DNA from: Mobula hypostoma
Lineage: Eukaryota
Reading direction: 5' to 3'
Length of the DNA stretch: 64,000 nucleotides
Assembly: GCF_963921235.1 (NCBI RefSeq)
Contig: NC_086097.1
Span: 143,222,001 to 143,286,000 of the forward strand
In this document: piece by piece, positions 10,823 through 24,764 of the stretch
How positions within the stretch are numbered: position 1 is the stretch's first letter
Layout of the letters: each line of letters opens with the position of its first letter
The notes under the pieces: model-generated
Told to the model about the DNA's origin: nothing
Database searches by the model: none
Seen by the model: the letters and a program-made list of their open reading frames with translations, nothing else
Translations under genes and position numbers: made by a program

Positions 10823-13800
10823 ATTCGAAGCAAGAAGGCTTCGAGTGGAATGTCTGACAGGATTTTTGGAAAGAAGGCATTTTACTATTCGGGGTAAAGA
10901 GAGACAAGACTGCGCAGGCACGTGATGTCAGAAGACCGCCATATACAGCGGGCAGCGGAGTGAGAGGGTAGCAGAGTGATAGGGCTTTGGCTCAAACGGG
11001 GCTTTGGCGAAGAAGGGTCAAGGCGAAGAACTGATTGCCAGAGATTTACAGATAACAGCCTTCGACTTCCCCAGCAGACTCCTCCCGTTCTCCTGTGGTC
11101 CTCTTCCACTAACATCCATTGCTCTGTCATGGCAGGTGAGCTCAGACCTGTGCCATGCTCCTCCTGTGACATGTGGAAACTCAGGGAGGCTGACAGTGTC
11201 CCTGAAGACTACGTGTGCAGGAAGTGTGTCCAGCTGCAGCTCCTGACAGACCGCATGGCTGCACTGGAGCTGCGCGTGGACTCACTTTGGAGCATCCGAG
11301 ATGCTGAGAATGTTGTGGATAGCGCATTCAGTGAGTTGGTTACACTGCAGTTTAAGGATGTAAGGAAAGATGGGGAATGGGTGACCAACAGGAAGATAGT
11401 ACAGGTGTCTCCTGTGGTCATCTCCCTCCAAAACAGATATACCGCTTGGAGTCTGTTGGGGGAGATGGCTCATCAGGTGAAGGCAGCAGTAGCCAGGACC
11501 TTGGCACCATGGGTGGCTCTGCTGTGCATGAGGGCAAGAAAAAGAGTGGCGGAGCTGTTGTGGCAGGAGATTCCATGGTAAGGGGAATAGAGAGGAGCTT
11601 CTGTGGCCACAAACGGGACTCCCGTATAATGTGTTGCCTCCCAGCTGCAAGGGTCAGAGATGTCTCAGAGAGGCTGCAGGGCATTCTGAAAAGGGAGGGT
11701 GAGCAGCGAGCTATCGTGGTGCATGTAGGTACTAACAATATAGGAAGAAAGTGTGATGAGGTCCTACAAGCTGAATTTAGGGAGCGAGGAGATAAATTAA
11801 AGAGTAGGACCTCAAAGGTAATAATCTCAGGATTATTACTGGTGCCACCTGCTAGCCAGAGTTGGAATAGCAGGATAGCTGGAATGAATATGTGGCTTGA
11901 GCAGTGGTGTGGGGGGGAGGGTTTCAGATTCTTGGGGCATTGGAATCGCTTCTGGGGGAGGTGGGACCAGTACTGTCCGGACAGTCTACATCTGGGCAGG
12001 GCTGGGGTAAGTGTCCTAGGGAGATTGGGGAGGCTTTAAACTAATATGGCAGGGGGATGGGAACCCACACAGAAAAGAAGAGGGAAGTGATGCAGAGACT
12101 TTAGGTTGCCAAACAATTGATACTAGAACGTGCAATCATCACAGCGATATTTGATTCTGTGCTTCCGGCTCCTTGGAGTACAAATCGATAGTAAATATTA
12201 AAAATTTAAATTATAAATCATAAATAGAAAATGGAATGTAAGGTAGTGCAAAAAAACCGAGAGGCAGGTCCGGATATTTGGAGGGTACGGCCCAGATCCC
12301 AGTCAGGATCCGTTCAGCGGTCTTATCATAGTTGGAAAGAAGCTGTTCCCAAATCTGGCCGTACGAGTCTTCAAGCACCTGAGCCTTCTACCGGAGGGAA
12401 GAGGGACAAAAAGTGTGTTGGCTGGGTGGGTCGTGTCCTTGATTATCCTGGCAGCACTGCTCCGATGGCGTGCGGTGTAAAGTGAGTCCAAGGACGGAAG
12501 ATTGGTTTGTGTGATGTGCTGCGCCGTGTTTACGATCTTCTGCAACTTCTTCTGGTCTTGAACAGGACAACTTCCATACCAGGTTGTGATGCACCCTAGA
12601 ATAATGCTTTCTACGGTGCATCTATAAAAATTAGTGAGGGTTTTAGGGGACAGGCCAAATTTCTTTAGTTTTCTCAGGAAGTAAAGGCACTGGTGGGCCT
12701 TCTTGGCAGTGGACTCTGCTTGGTTGGTCCAAGTCAGGTCATTTGTGATATTGACCCCGAGGAACTTAAAGCTTTTGACCTGTTACACTTGCGCACCACC
12801 GATGTACATTGGGTCGTGTGGACCAAAGCTAGAGTCAGTGAAGAAAAAAGTAAGAGTAGAGTGCATAAAAGTAAACAGCAAACATCGCATAGGTCACTAG
12901 ATTCTAAAAGGACAATGAGTATAAGGGCACTTTATCTAAATGCCCGTGGTATTGGAAACAAGGTTAGTGAACTTGTGGCACAGATCAGTACAAAGGTGCA
13001 TGATTTTGCGGCCATTACAGAAACCTGGTTTCAAGGTGTAGATGACTGGGAATTAAATATCCAAGGGTATCAGGTAATACGGAAAGATAGGCAGGAAGGC
13101 AAAGGAGGTGGGGTGGTGCTCTTAATTAAGGATGAGATCAGGTCGATTGTGAGAGACGGTATAAGATCTACAGAGCAGAATGTTGAGTGCATCTGGGTAG
13201 AGACTAAGAATAGTAAAGGGAAAAAAATCACTCGTGGGTATTGTCTATAGACCACCTAATAAAAATATTGCAGTGGCAGAGGCGATTAACCAAGAAATAA
13301 CTGAGGCTTGAAAGAATGGAGCAGCAGTTAAAATCCCCCATGACTTTAACTTCCACATAGAGTGGGTGAATCAGGTTGGTCAAGGAGTCTTGAGGAGGAC
13401 TTCATAGAATGCATCCGTGATGGCTTTCTTGAGCAGCATGTTAGTGAACCTACAAGGGAAAATGCTATCTTAGGTCTAGTCCTGTGCAATGAGACAGGTA
13501 AGATTAACAATCTTGTAGTCAGGGATCCTGTTGGAAAGAATGATCATAGTTTGATTGAATTTTGCATACAGGTGGAGGATGAAATAGTTATACAGGTATC
13601 TAAAACTAGTTTATCATGCTTGAACAAGGGAGACTACAATGGGATGAGGGAGGAGTTGGCGAATGTGGATTGGGAGCACAGGCTATTTGGTAGGACAGTT
13701 GAGGAACAGTGAAATACTTTCAAAGAGATTTTTCACAGTGCTTAACAAAAGAATATTTCAGTCAAAAGTAAGGATAGTAAGTGTGGGGAGAGCCAGCCTT

Positions 13801-15826
13801 GGATAACTAAGGAAATAAAAGACAGTGGTATCAAATTAAAAGCTCGTGTACAAAATCGCAAAGAGCAGTGGGAGACTGGAGGATTGGGAAAACTTTAAAA
13901 AGCAACAAAAAACAACTAAACAAGAAATAAGGAAAGGGAAGATAGAGTATGAAAGTAAATTAGCACAAAATATAAAAACAGATTGCAAAAGTTTTTATAA
14001 ATATATAACGCAGAAGAGGGTGACTAAAGTCCACGTAGGTCGTTTGGAAGACGAGAAGGGAGATTGATATTGGGTGATAAGGAAATGGCTGAGGCATTGA
14101 ACAACTATTTTATGTCAGTCTTCATGGTGGAGGACACATCTAGTATGCCAAAGAATGATGTTATGGATGAAATGTGAGGTGAGGACCTAGATAAAACCTG
14201 TCACTAAAAAGAAAGTGATGAGCAAACTAGAGGGCCTGAAGGTAGATAAGTCCCTTGGTCCTGATGGGATGCATCCCAGGGTGCTGAGGGAACTGGCGGA
14301 GGTTATAGTAGACGCTTTGGTAATCATTTACCAAAGTTCTTCAGACTCTGGGCAGGTCCCGGCGGACTGGAAGACCGCAAATGTCACGCCACTTTTTAAA
14401 AATGGATGTAGGCAAAAGATGGGCAACTATAGGCCAGTCGACTTAACATCTGTAGTTAGGAAGATGCTTGAAGCTGTCATTAAGGAAGAAACATTTAGAA
14501 AGGAGTGGTTCCATTAGACAAACGCAGCATGGATTCAGAAAGGGTAGGTCCTGTTTGACAAACTTACTGGAGTTCTTTGAGGACATAATGAGTACAGTAG
14601 ATAGAGGGGAACAGGTGGATGTTGTATACTTGGATTTCCAGAAGGCATTCGATAAGATGCCGCTCAAGAGACTTATAAATAAGATATGGATGCATGGAGT
14701 CAGAGGAAGTGTATGGCATGGATAGTGGATTGGTTAACCAATAGAAGGCAGAGAGTTGGTATAAATGGGTGTTTCTCTGGTTGGCAGTCTGTGGTGAGTG
14801 GGGTGCCACAGGGGTCAGTGCTGGGCCTGCAGCTGTTTACCATTTACATTGATGATTTGGAAGAGGGGACTGAGTGTAGCGTAGCAAAATTTGCTGATGA
14901 CACTAAACTGAATGGAAAAGCAAATTGTGCAGAGGATGTGGAGAGTCTGAAGAGGGATATAGATAGGTTAAGTGAGTGGGCCAAGGTCTGGCAGATGGAA
15001 TACAACATTGGTATATGTGAGACCATCCACTTTGGAAGGAATAATAGAAGAGCAGATTATTATTTAAATAGTGAAAGATTGTAGCATGCTGTTGTGCAGA
15101 GGGACTTGGGAGTGCTTGTTCATGAATCACAAAAAGTTGGCTTGCAGGTACAATAGGTTGTTAAGAAGGCAAACGGAATGTAGACCTTCATTGCTAGAGG
15201 GATGGAATTCAAGAGCAGGGAGGTCATGCTGCAACTATACAGGGTACTACTGGTGAGGCCGCACCTGGAGTACTGTGTGCAGTTCTGGTCTCCATACTTG
15301 AGGAAGGATATACTGATTTTGGAGGCAGTGCAGGGGAGGTTCACCAGGTTGATTCCAGAGATGAAGGGGTTAACCTATGAGGAGATATTGAGTCACCTGG
15401 GACTATACTCTCTGGAGTTCAGAAGAATGAGAGGGAATCTTATAGAAACATACAAAATTTTGAAAGGGATAGATAAGATAGAAGTAGAAAAATAGTTTCC
15501 ATTGGTAGGTGAGACTAGAACTAGGGGACATTGCCTCAAGATTCAGGGGAGAAGATTTCGGACGGAAATGAGGAGAAACTGTTTTTCCCAGAGAGTGGTG
15601 AATCTTTGGAATTCTCTGCCCAGGGAAGCAGTTGAGGCTTCTTCACTAAATATATTTAAGATACAGTTAGATAGATTTTTACATAGTAGGGGAATTAAGG
15701 GTTATGGGGAAAAGGCAGGTAGATGGAGCCGAGTTCGCGGACAGATCAGCCATGATCTTATTGAATGGCGGGGCAGGCTCGATGGGCTGGATGGCCTACT
15801 CCTGCTCCTATTTCTTATGTTCTTCT
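10823..15826 (+). mobile_element. Near full-length CR1 LINE (ORF1 zinc finger, leucine zipper and SGNH esterase; ORF2 APE endonuclease and RT), disabled
   Basis: ATG 11129 CSSC..CRKC; GDSMVRG, VHVGTNN, DSLHL; YLNARG/ITETW; DFQKAFDK, GVPQGSVLG, KFADDT; 5-bp duplication gtaag at 10818-10822 and 15827-15831. Confidence 0.92.
12100..12820 (-). mobile_element. Rex1/Babar 3' fragment inserted between CR1 ORF1 and ORF2
   Basis: HPANTLFVPLPSGRRLRCLKTRTARFGNSFFPTMIRPLN. Confidence 0.8.
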
Positions 15827-16055
15827 GTAAGTTTTTTACGCAGAGAGTGGTGAGTGCTTGGAATGGGCTGCCGGCAAGACTGGTGGAGGCGAAAACGATA
15901 GGATCTTTTAAGAGACTCCTGGATAGGTACATGGAGCTTAAAAAAATAGAGGGCTATTGGTAATCCTAGGTAATTTCTAAAGTAAGTCCATGTTCGACGC
16001 AGCATTGTGGGCCGAAGGGCCTGTATTGTGCTATAGGATTTCTATGTTTCTATGT
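15827..16055 (+). mobile_element. CR1 3' end; its 5' part is at about 10707-10822 and it hosts the full-length CR1
   Basis: FFTQRVVSAWNGLP; tail tttctatgtttctatg. Confidence 0.8.
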
Positions 16056-16194
16056 TATTTCTTTATTTCGTGGCCCTCTGGAGAAGAAGAATTTCAGAGT
16101 TGTAGTTGGATACATAGTTTGAATCTTTTTGAACCTTTGAGACAATAGTAAATTTTACACTTGGTTTGAAAGTGTTGTGCTTCAGTGCAAACCA

Positions 16195-16495
16195 GGTGGC
16201 ACAGTGGCATAATATTAGCGCATCTCTTTACAGTGCTTGTGATTGTCGATCGGGATTCAATTCACACTACTCCCTGTAAGGTGTTTGTACATTTTCCCTG
16301 TGTCTGCTTGTCTTTCCTTCGGGCGCTCTGGTTTCCTCCCACATACCAAAGATGTACAATTAGCGTTAGTGAGTTGTGAGCATGCTTTGTTGGCACGGAA
16401 GCATGGCGGCTCTTGTGGACTGCCCAGCACAATCCTTGCTGATTTGAAGGAAAGGAATCCATTTCACTGTATGTGTCGATGCATATGTGACAACT
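16195..16495 (+). mobile_element. V-SINE (HE1-like)
   Basis: tRNA-like head and V-domain gtttgtacattttccctgtgtctgc...ctctggtttcctcccaca. Confidence 0.7.
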
Positions 16496-17002
16496 TAAGG
16501 TAATTCTCTTTCACTTGCTGCAGTGAGAATGCAACAAAAAAAATCACAAAGAAATATGGAAGGAAAATTAGCTTGGCTTGATTTGGAGAATGCATTGAGA
16601 GGTATGATGGTTAGTAATGATTAGTATTAAAGTTGCAAAAGACAATATTCTTTTCTGGCACAAACCCCAGGAGGAAGATTGATATTACAGGTTGTCACTC
16701 TCTTGTTCAAAGGTTCATTTATTATCAAAGTGTACAACTCTAAAATTCTTCTCTAATGTCACCTCTGGAGTTCAGCTTTTTCTGGACAAACGCTGTGATG
16801 AGGTCTGGAGCTCAGCAGTCTTGATGAAACCTGAGCCTGGGGTTGGCAAGTTTGGTCTGCTGGTATCAACAGCATTGTGTTCTAACAGTATCCAAAGGCA
16901 TCAGAAAGTGGAGAAACTTTAGTTGCTGCATCTACAGAAAGCATTTAAATTCTTACCATCCTTGGCTCACTGAGTACCTGCAGAAACATTCCAAGGAAGG
17001 CC

Positions 17003-17303
17003 ATGAGTTGTTAACTTCGAACTTTCTGCATAATCACTCAGAATTGAACTGCACGTGCATGTAACGAGAGTTGTATAACTCATCTCCTTCTACCTTAGGC
17101 CACAAACTTGTCAATCACCCCTGCTGTGAACCACTTCTGGAGGTCCAAGACGCCGACTTCTACAAAGAAGGGATCTGTATGCTCCACGACCGCTGGACTA
17201 AGTGTGTAAATGTAAAATGGGACTATGTTGAAAAATAAATGTGCTAGGTTTTCTAAAATTGACTCCTTTTACCTTAGGCCACAAACATATCAATCACCTC
17301 TCA
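17003..17303 (+). mobile_element. Mariner non-autonomous derivative
   Basis: Transposase C-terminus DFYKEGICMLHDRWTKCVNVKWDYVEK*; TIR-like ccttaggccacaaac..atcaatcacc at 17076-17122 and 17262-17303, followed by TA. Confidence 0.8.
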
Positions 17304-18075
17304 TATATCTGGACTCTTTATGGAAGATTTTGGTTAGTGAGTGTTCATCTAAGGGGGACAGGTTAGTGGTAACAATTAACTGCATCAGCAGTGGTAGGAA
17401 ATCTCATTAAATAACTGAAACTTTGGATGCCCTACTCTGTGCACTTCACCCACTAACCACAAACTTTGAGGTCATTTGTGATTTTTCCTAACTGATCTGA
17501 GGCCGGTGGTAATGGTTTGATGCATACCAGAGATTGAACTTTGGTTGTTGGGTGAAAGTAGCTCAGTAATAAGTGGTAGGTAGCAGTTTTCCCTTGAGCC
17601 ACCAGTGATTCTCTCAAATCCATTCAGTACTTAATGATTAAAAAGAAAAGTTATGCTGATGACACCAGCATTGAAAAAGGCCCTTTAACACCACCTTGTT
17701 TTGTTCTGAAATCTTTTTTTTAAAAAAATCTTTTCCTGTAGAGTACTGCAGGTTAAATTGTTCCAGTATTTACCTCAGTGTATAATTTGCATGTTGCCAG
17801 GAATGTAGTTGCTTCCTATCATTGTCTTCAATCTAAAATACTTGCTTTTACTGGCCCTTCCCATAGATTTTTTCAGATTAGTTAATTTAAAAAAATTCTT
17901 AACAGATGCCTCACTTGGTTTATGGAATAGGGAAATTCATAATGTTTATCAGAAGTGCTGAGAAACAGTTTAAGTTCTCGGGTGACTAAATCAGGCAATA
18001 GTGACAGTTGTGTTTTTTAGTGGTTTCACTGTCGAAATTCCCAACACAATATTTAAGGGGGGGAACAACTTATTT

Positions 18076-18170
18076 GCAGAGGGCCTTTCATGGCCTTTGG
18101 ATATCCTGGAGTATTTTGCAGCCAATGAAGTATCTTTTGAAGTATAGTTACTGTTGTGATGTTGGAAAGC
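18076..18170 (-). mobile_element. Ancient Deu-type SINE remnant (similar pieces near 24640, 35340, 45020)
   Basis: gcagccaatgaagtatcttttgaagtatagttactgttgtgatg resembles reversed SacSINE1/AmnSINE1 sequence as I recall it. Confidence 0.5.
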
Positions 18171-18849
18171 ATTGATGTAGACCAGAGTTCTGTTTGGGTC
18201 ATGGCCAGGACTCATTCACTTGGCTTACTGCCAAAAAAAGTGAATTAACCAGCCGTTTGTTTTAACACTGAGGGTATTTGCCATCTGCAAAATAGTTGAT
18301 ATGTTTACCTACATAATAACATCCACTGTGCATAAAATTAATTTTAGGTGAAGCATTTTGGATATCTATTGAGACAGAAGATATAACAGCAATTCAACTC
18401 AAATTAATCTGTGCTTGGTTACAATTCCACAGCAATTATTGAATCTTTCTGTTTAAGAAAACCTTTATGGGAATCTTATTTATTTGATTTCAATGAAAAG
18501 TTATATTGTGATAAGGTTGCTACAATTTAAGGCTTTTATTATTGCATGGAAACACTAGTATGGAGCTTGGAATATAGAAAAGTACACCACAGGAACAGGC
18601 CTTTTGTCTGCTAGGACTGTGCCAACTATCATGAAACTAATTCCAACTGCCTACAATTGCCTACAAGTGTCCCTCTGTTTCCAGCCTGTTCACATCTATC
18701 TAAACTTTTCTGAAACATGGCTACATTATCTGCTTCTATTACCTCCCCTGGCAGTGCGTTCCAGGATATCTATCATCCTTTTGTATGTAAAACAGAAGTT
18801 TTAAAAACATCTTGCCTCAATTTTCCTTTAAACTCTCCTCTAAAAGAGT

Positions 18850-19550
18850 GAAGTAGATCTGCTGATTGAGCCATAACAATAACCTTGCATTCATTATCAG
18901 TGAGACCAAGCAATTGATTTGCAGTCTTCAGGAGGAGGAAGTCTGGTGAACACTTACCATCCTTTGTTGGGCAGTCAGTTGTGGAGAAGGTGAGCAGCTT
19001 CAAGTTGCTGGGTGCCAACATCTCAGGATCTATCCAGGGCCCAACACAGATGCAATCACAGAGACATGCCAGCAGCTCTCCTTCATTTGGGGTTTGAGGA
19101 GATCTGGTGCATCACCTTGTAAATTTCTACAGGTGTAAGGTAGAGAGCTTTCTGACAGGTTGCATCACAACCTGGTATGAAGCCTCGGATGCACGGGATA
19201 GCAAAAGGCTGCAGAAAATCGTAGACTCAACAAATTCCGTCATGGACACAACCCTCCCTGTCAATGAGGGCATCTTCAAGGGGGAATGCTTCAAAAAGGC
19301 AGCATCCATTATTAAAAGATCTTCACTATCCAGGACATGCTCTCTTCACATACCTACCATCAGGGAAGAGGAACAGAAGCCTGAACAGCTTCTTCCCCTT
19401 CGCCATCAGATTTCTGAACAGTCCATGAACCAATGAACACAACGACATTTATCTTTTCACTCTTATTATTTTGTAACTTGTAACTTTTATGTCTTGCACT
19501 GTACTGCTGCTGTAAAACAGCAAATTTCACATGTCAGAACCTGATTCTGA
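18850..19550 (+). mobile_element. Rex1/Babar 3' fragment
   Basis: NFYRCKVESFLTGCITTWY; tail cctgattctgat. Confidence 0.75.
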
Positions 19551-20710
19551 TCTTACAGCTAGGCAAAGTTTGTTGTCAAAAGCAGCAAATAATTCATTGG
19601 CATTAGATGAGGCACTGTGATGGTGATGACACAAACAAAAACTCTTATATGGAATAAGAGTGCTTAAAGTGGGTGATGATTGATTTGGGTTGCCATTGTC
19701 AGAATTTGGGTTGCTGGAGCCACTCTTCAGTTTGTTGAATTTGGAATTTGCAGTGGCTGCACAATTTCAGATTGGAATGTGGAGTTTTATTTTTTTGAGG
19801 TCTTTTGGTGGGACTGCCTTTTGGCTGTCAGCTAATGGTGTTCTCCAACGAGCATATCTTGCATACAGAAATCAAAGGTTTATTGTGGCCTTCTGCACAT
19901 AGTGCTTCATAAATATTTCTCATTGGTATCAGTAGATGGACAGTTAATGAGACTACGTGGCAGTTTGAACAGCAGTGTATTGTCTTTGCAACAAGTTGGG
20001 GTAAGAAAGACTATGCCCAGCAAACCTGCTTAACCAGCAGTTGATATTTACCAGTTTCATTTATAAACTCTTGTCTTGATCTTTGTTCTGGAGGGGTTGC
20101 CTGTAAGCTAGTGTAAGACTTGCAGTGAATGGTGCAGTGCTTTTTTGGTGTTGGATCATGGATACTCCATGATGAAGGAATTTCTTGTGATAGATGAGGC
20201 ATTATCCACATGTAGTATTTAGCCCAGATTAGGTGGAAACAGCGAGTCTATCTCCTGTAGAAAAATTAATAACTTTTTAAAGAGGATATTTTGGATCTCT
20301 TTATGGTTATTTGGCAGCCTTTAAATTTCCAGACATAGTGGATTTAGTTTTGCATAATAGAATTTGAACATGTGCGAGAAGTGTATACTATTGTAGTATC
20401 TATCTACGAGTCTCCTCTTCTTCTGCCCCCCCAACTGTAAAAATACCTTTCTCCATCATTGGTACTTGCCTCCGTAGTATCCAAGACATCTCCAAGGAGT
20501 GATGCCTTAGGAAGGTGGCACCCCTCTTTAAGGACCTCCAGCACCCAGATATGCCCTCTTCTCATTGTTACCATTGAGAAGGAGGAACAGAAGCCTGAAG
20601 GTACACACTCAGTGATTCAGGAACAGCTTCTGCCCATTTGCCATCTGAAACTCATGAACACTACCTCACCACATTCTTGTATTTGTTCTTTTTGCACTAC
20701 TTATTTTAAC

Positions 20711-20713
<3 letters not shown>

Positions 20714-20753
<40 letters not shown>
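20714..20753. repeat. (GT)n microsatellite
   Basis: About 20 GT units. Confidence 0.95.
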
Positions 20754-20756
<3 letters not shown>

Positions 20757-20789
20757 CACCATGTACCCATGTACCATGTACCAACCTCC

Positions 20790-21240
20790 ATGTACCTATC
20801 TAAGAGTCTCTTAAAAGACCTATTGTATCCGCCTCTACCACTGTCTCTGGCATTGCATTCCACCAATCCACCACTGTTTTTAAAAAAAAACTTTTATCTG
20901 ACAACCCCCTTGTACCTACTTCCAAGCACCTTAAAACTATGCCCCCTGGTGTTAGCCATTTCAGCTCTGGGAAGAAACCTCTGGCTATCTACACGATCAA
21001 TACTTCTTATCATCTTACACACCTTTATCAGGTCACCTCTCATCCTCTGAGAAAAGGCCAAGTTCACTAACCTATTCTCATAAGGCATGCTCTCCAATCC
21101 AGGCAACATCCTTGTAAATCTCTGAACTCTCTATAGTATCCACATCCTTCCTGTAGTGAGGTGACCAGAACTGAACACATTACCTCATGACTCTTGAACT
21201 CAATCCCACGGTTGACGAAGGCCATCGCACTACATGCCCT
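20790..21240 (-). mobile_element. CR1 3' fragment
   Basis: MLPGLESMPYENRL...RMRGDLIKVCKMIRSIDRVD. Confidence 0.75.
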
Positions 21241-21549
21241 CCGCCTCCCAAAACTTGTACTGATGCCGTAAAGTTAACAAATTTCATGATGTAGGCCGGT
21301 GGTATTAAGACTGGATTCTGATTCTGACTTTCCCCTTCTCAGCTGAAAAAAATTCCCTCATACACTTGATGTTTCAACCTGTGCAGCCCTTTTAGGGAGC
21401 TGTATACCTGGACCCCAAGATTCCTCTGTTTATCAGCACTGTTGAGGATCCTGTGATTAATAGTATAGTCTCTTTTTATGATGGATCTCCCAAAGTGTAG
21501 CACTGAAGAAATGGTTCTTCTCCACTGCAGATGATATCAGAGGATGGGA

Positions 21550-22245
21550 ATTCAGAAATCAGAGGTGCAAAGGGACTTGGGACTCCTCGTGCATTATTCC
21601 CTAAGGGTTAACTTGCAGGTTAAGTTGGTAGTAAGGAAGACAATTGCAGTGTTCACATTCATTTTAGGAGGACTAGAATATAAAAGCATCATGCAATACT
21701 GAGGCTTTATAAGGTATTGGTCGGATTACACTTGCAGTTTTGGGACTCTTGTCTAAGAAAGAATGTACCGGCACTGAAGTGGGTGCAGAGGTGGTTCACG
21801 AAAATTATCCTGGGAATAAAAAGGTTAACGTAGGGACGTTTGGCTCTGGGCCTGTACTTGCTGGCGTTTAGAAGAATGGCGGGGTGGGGGGAGCGGCGGG
21901 AGAGGAAGCTTATTAAAACATTTCACATATTGAAATAGATTGGATGTAGAGGATGTTTCCAATATGGGGGATTTTAGGACCAGAGGACACAACCTTAGAA
22001 TAGAAGGATGCCCCTTTTGAACAGAGATGAGGAATTTCTTTAGCCAGAGAGTGGTGAATCTGCCAAATTGATTGCCATACGATAGCTGAGGAGGACAAGT
22101 CATTAGGTATATTTAAAGCTCAGGTTGGTCGGTTCTTGATTTGTAAGAGTGTCAGAGGTTACAGGGAGAAGGCAGGAAAATGGGGTTGAAGAATAATAGA
22201 TCAGTCCTGATTGGCCTAATTCTGATCCTATGTCTTATGGTCTTA
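21550..22245 (+). mobile_element. Degenerate CR1 3' fragment
   Basis: QRDLG, ttctttagccagagagtggtgaatct, tail cctatgtcttatggtctta. Confidence 0.7.
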
Positions 22246-22536
22246 AGAGCTTCATTTTAACATTCTAATAGGTTTATCTATATGTAATGATTTTAGTCTG
22301 GTTATTCACATCTCTTGGTAATGAATACCAACTACACTCTATAACACTCCTCAGAATATAGAACATTAATATTGCTTTTAGACCTGTTCTTGCTTTAGCT
22401 ATTTTTAAAATGTGAAGTGGTCACAAAATATGTTAAATGGGGAAGTGCATTCAATCTTCAGCCTTTCTGGAAACCTGTGAACTTTGGATAGGCTTCAGAG
22501 CACTTTTATTTACCGTTTTACAATTCATTACTTGTG

Positions 22537-23117
22537 AAACTCAACACGAAGAAACTCAAATTTCAAACAACGGCGACTGAAACTGAAGGAGGGTGAATTT
22601 TCTGTGCTTGTCCAATCACTGAGAGAGAGGGACGAGGAACTACATTTCAAATATTTTCGGATGTCGGCAGGTAGATTTGACGATTTGGTTCATCGTCTCC
22701 AGCCATTTATTTCTTATCATTGTATGCACAGTATACTCAGAGACTGGTGATCACCATTTGAGTTTTAGCTTCAGGTAGAAGTCAACAGGCTGTAGCAGTT
22801 TAGCTACAAACTGGCATCAAGCACAGGGTCCTCCATAATTTCGGAGGTCTGTAAAGCCTTATGGAAAGCATTGCAGCCAGAGTTCCTTCCCTGCCCTTCA
22901 GTCGCCCAATGGGAAGCTACTACAGCGTAGGAGGAAATGTGATGCTACCAAGCGGACCAATCACAGTTGTTGCTGTCTGCGTCACTGCAACGCCTAGTTA
23001 CATTTTGAGAGAGGTGCGCATTAGGCTATGGTGTAGGGTTTGTGTAGAGTGCAGTGTAGGGTGCACCGCTACGCCATACCTACGGCGGACATTTGATGCA
23101 CAGGTATAAATCAGCCT
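22537..23117 (+). mobile_element. PIF/Harbinger DNA transposon fragment
   Basis: [15 protein letters not shown]...[26 protein letters not shown] (Harbinger transposase N-terminus); end gcacaggtataaatcagcct followed by TAA. Confidence 0.75.
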
Positions 23118-24764
23118 TAAACATGCATCAGTCTGTAGACAAACACAATCCAGCTTGTCTTCCAACGGGCAAGCACTGGAGGGCAGTGCCGACAAGAGCA
23201 TGGATGCAGCTTTGCCTCTGGTGTCACTTCTGTGGGGTGGCTGCAATAGGCAACACCGTGGCGTGAAGCCTAGCCCATACTACAACCAAAGTCAAGCAGC
23301 TCCCCTGTCGTCAGTCCCACCAAGAAACCAATAAACTGGACTCCAACATTCCACATTACCAATACCCAACAGAGTCTTGTGATCACAAGAAAAACAACTA
23401 AGACAATTACACTGTTAGACTACACACCGGCTTCATGCATTGATTATGACACCCCTCTATAGCAGGCAGTAACATAGTGCGCACTAAGTCCAGCTCCTTT
23501 GCCAACCAGCAACTGTCTGGTGGGTTGGACCTACAGTACTTGAAGTTCTTGATGTCCAGCAGTGTCTTGCAATCTTAAACAAAAAAGGTCTTCTTTAAAA
23601 ACAAAAGGGACAATAACACCTTTGAGGTCGCTGCATCTGAGCATGTTGCTACCTTACTGGAAAGATGACAATCATATCATCATTTTTTAAAAACAGTTAA
23701 CCTGCATAAAGGTTGACTTTTGAGCGAAGTGAACGTTGTACTTTAATTTTCAGGCTTTATGTTCTAGAAGTCAATTTCTATTTTGTGAGCATTTTCCTAC
23801 TTAGACTTGAGGTACCAGCTACTTGTTCGTAGAAACAGGAGAGACACACTGCACTGGAAAGAGAGTGGGAAGTCAAACATAAAATTGAAAGATGTAATTT
23901 AGAAGCAAAGAATAGCAAAAGCTGGAAAGGAAGTGGAAGGATAGGAGTGAGTAGTGCTGAGATCTGGGTTGTGTGTGAGGCTGCACTTAGATAAGGGTTG
24001 GAGACTATGTCCCAGAGTATAGGGAACAGGAGCCTAAAGATGTGGAGCCAAGTAAGTAGGAACTTAGTGAGCAGTAGTGATCATATAAGTTGGATTTTTC
24101 CAGCCAGAGTAAAGTTGAAGTCGGGTTAGAAAAGCTGAAGGGCATATTAGAGGAAGCTAAATGATTCTGCAAGTTACAACAAGTAAATTCACCTTGTAAA
24201 ACTTGTCCTCAGTATGATACCTGACGCATTCTGAGCTGACTCATCTTAACCAGATCAATTGTTAAAGGCTATTGTAGTTGTCAACAGCACATTGAACCAA
24301 TAGGAAGCCCTCACTGTTTTATGCTGTTCTGTTGATCGAACACAATATATTGATGTGTATATTTGAAGAAAGCCCACTCACTGATATACAGTATCCAGTC
24401 TTTCACTCGTATTTGCTCTTCAGATGAGGTGCAAAGAAGCTGTCACTTACTGAATTGTATTTAACATGATGCTGTGCATTCAAAGGGCTGGGAAATGAAC
24501 TGATGGACAAGAAATTTTAAATTGCTTTTTGGTGGAGCAGGCCATGTGAAAAGACTGTTTCAAACCCTATAAAACTGAAGTTGCTCCAAAGTCATCAAAA
24601 AGTATCAAACAAAAAAAGATTGGAACTTGCAGACCATCCTTTATATCTGTAGATATCCTAAAGGATTTCAGTTAATGAAGTATTTTGAGCTGCCGTAACT
24701 GTGTGCTTCTATCAATTTAATTGAAGTCCTACATTTGGCATTAAGATAAATAACCAAATATCCA

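Noticed and set aside
11377..12039. SGNH esterase ORF as a cellular gene
   Set aside because: Standard CR1 ORF1 domain within a frameshifted LINE
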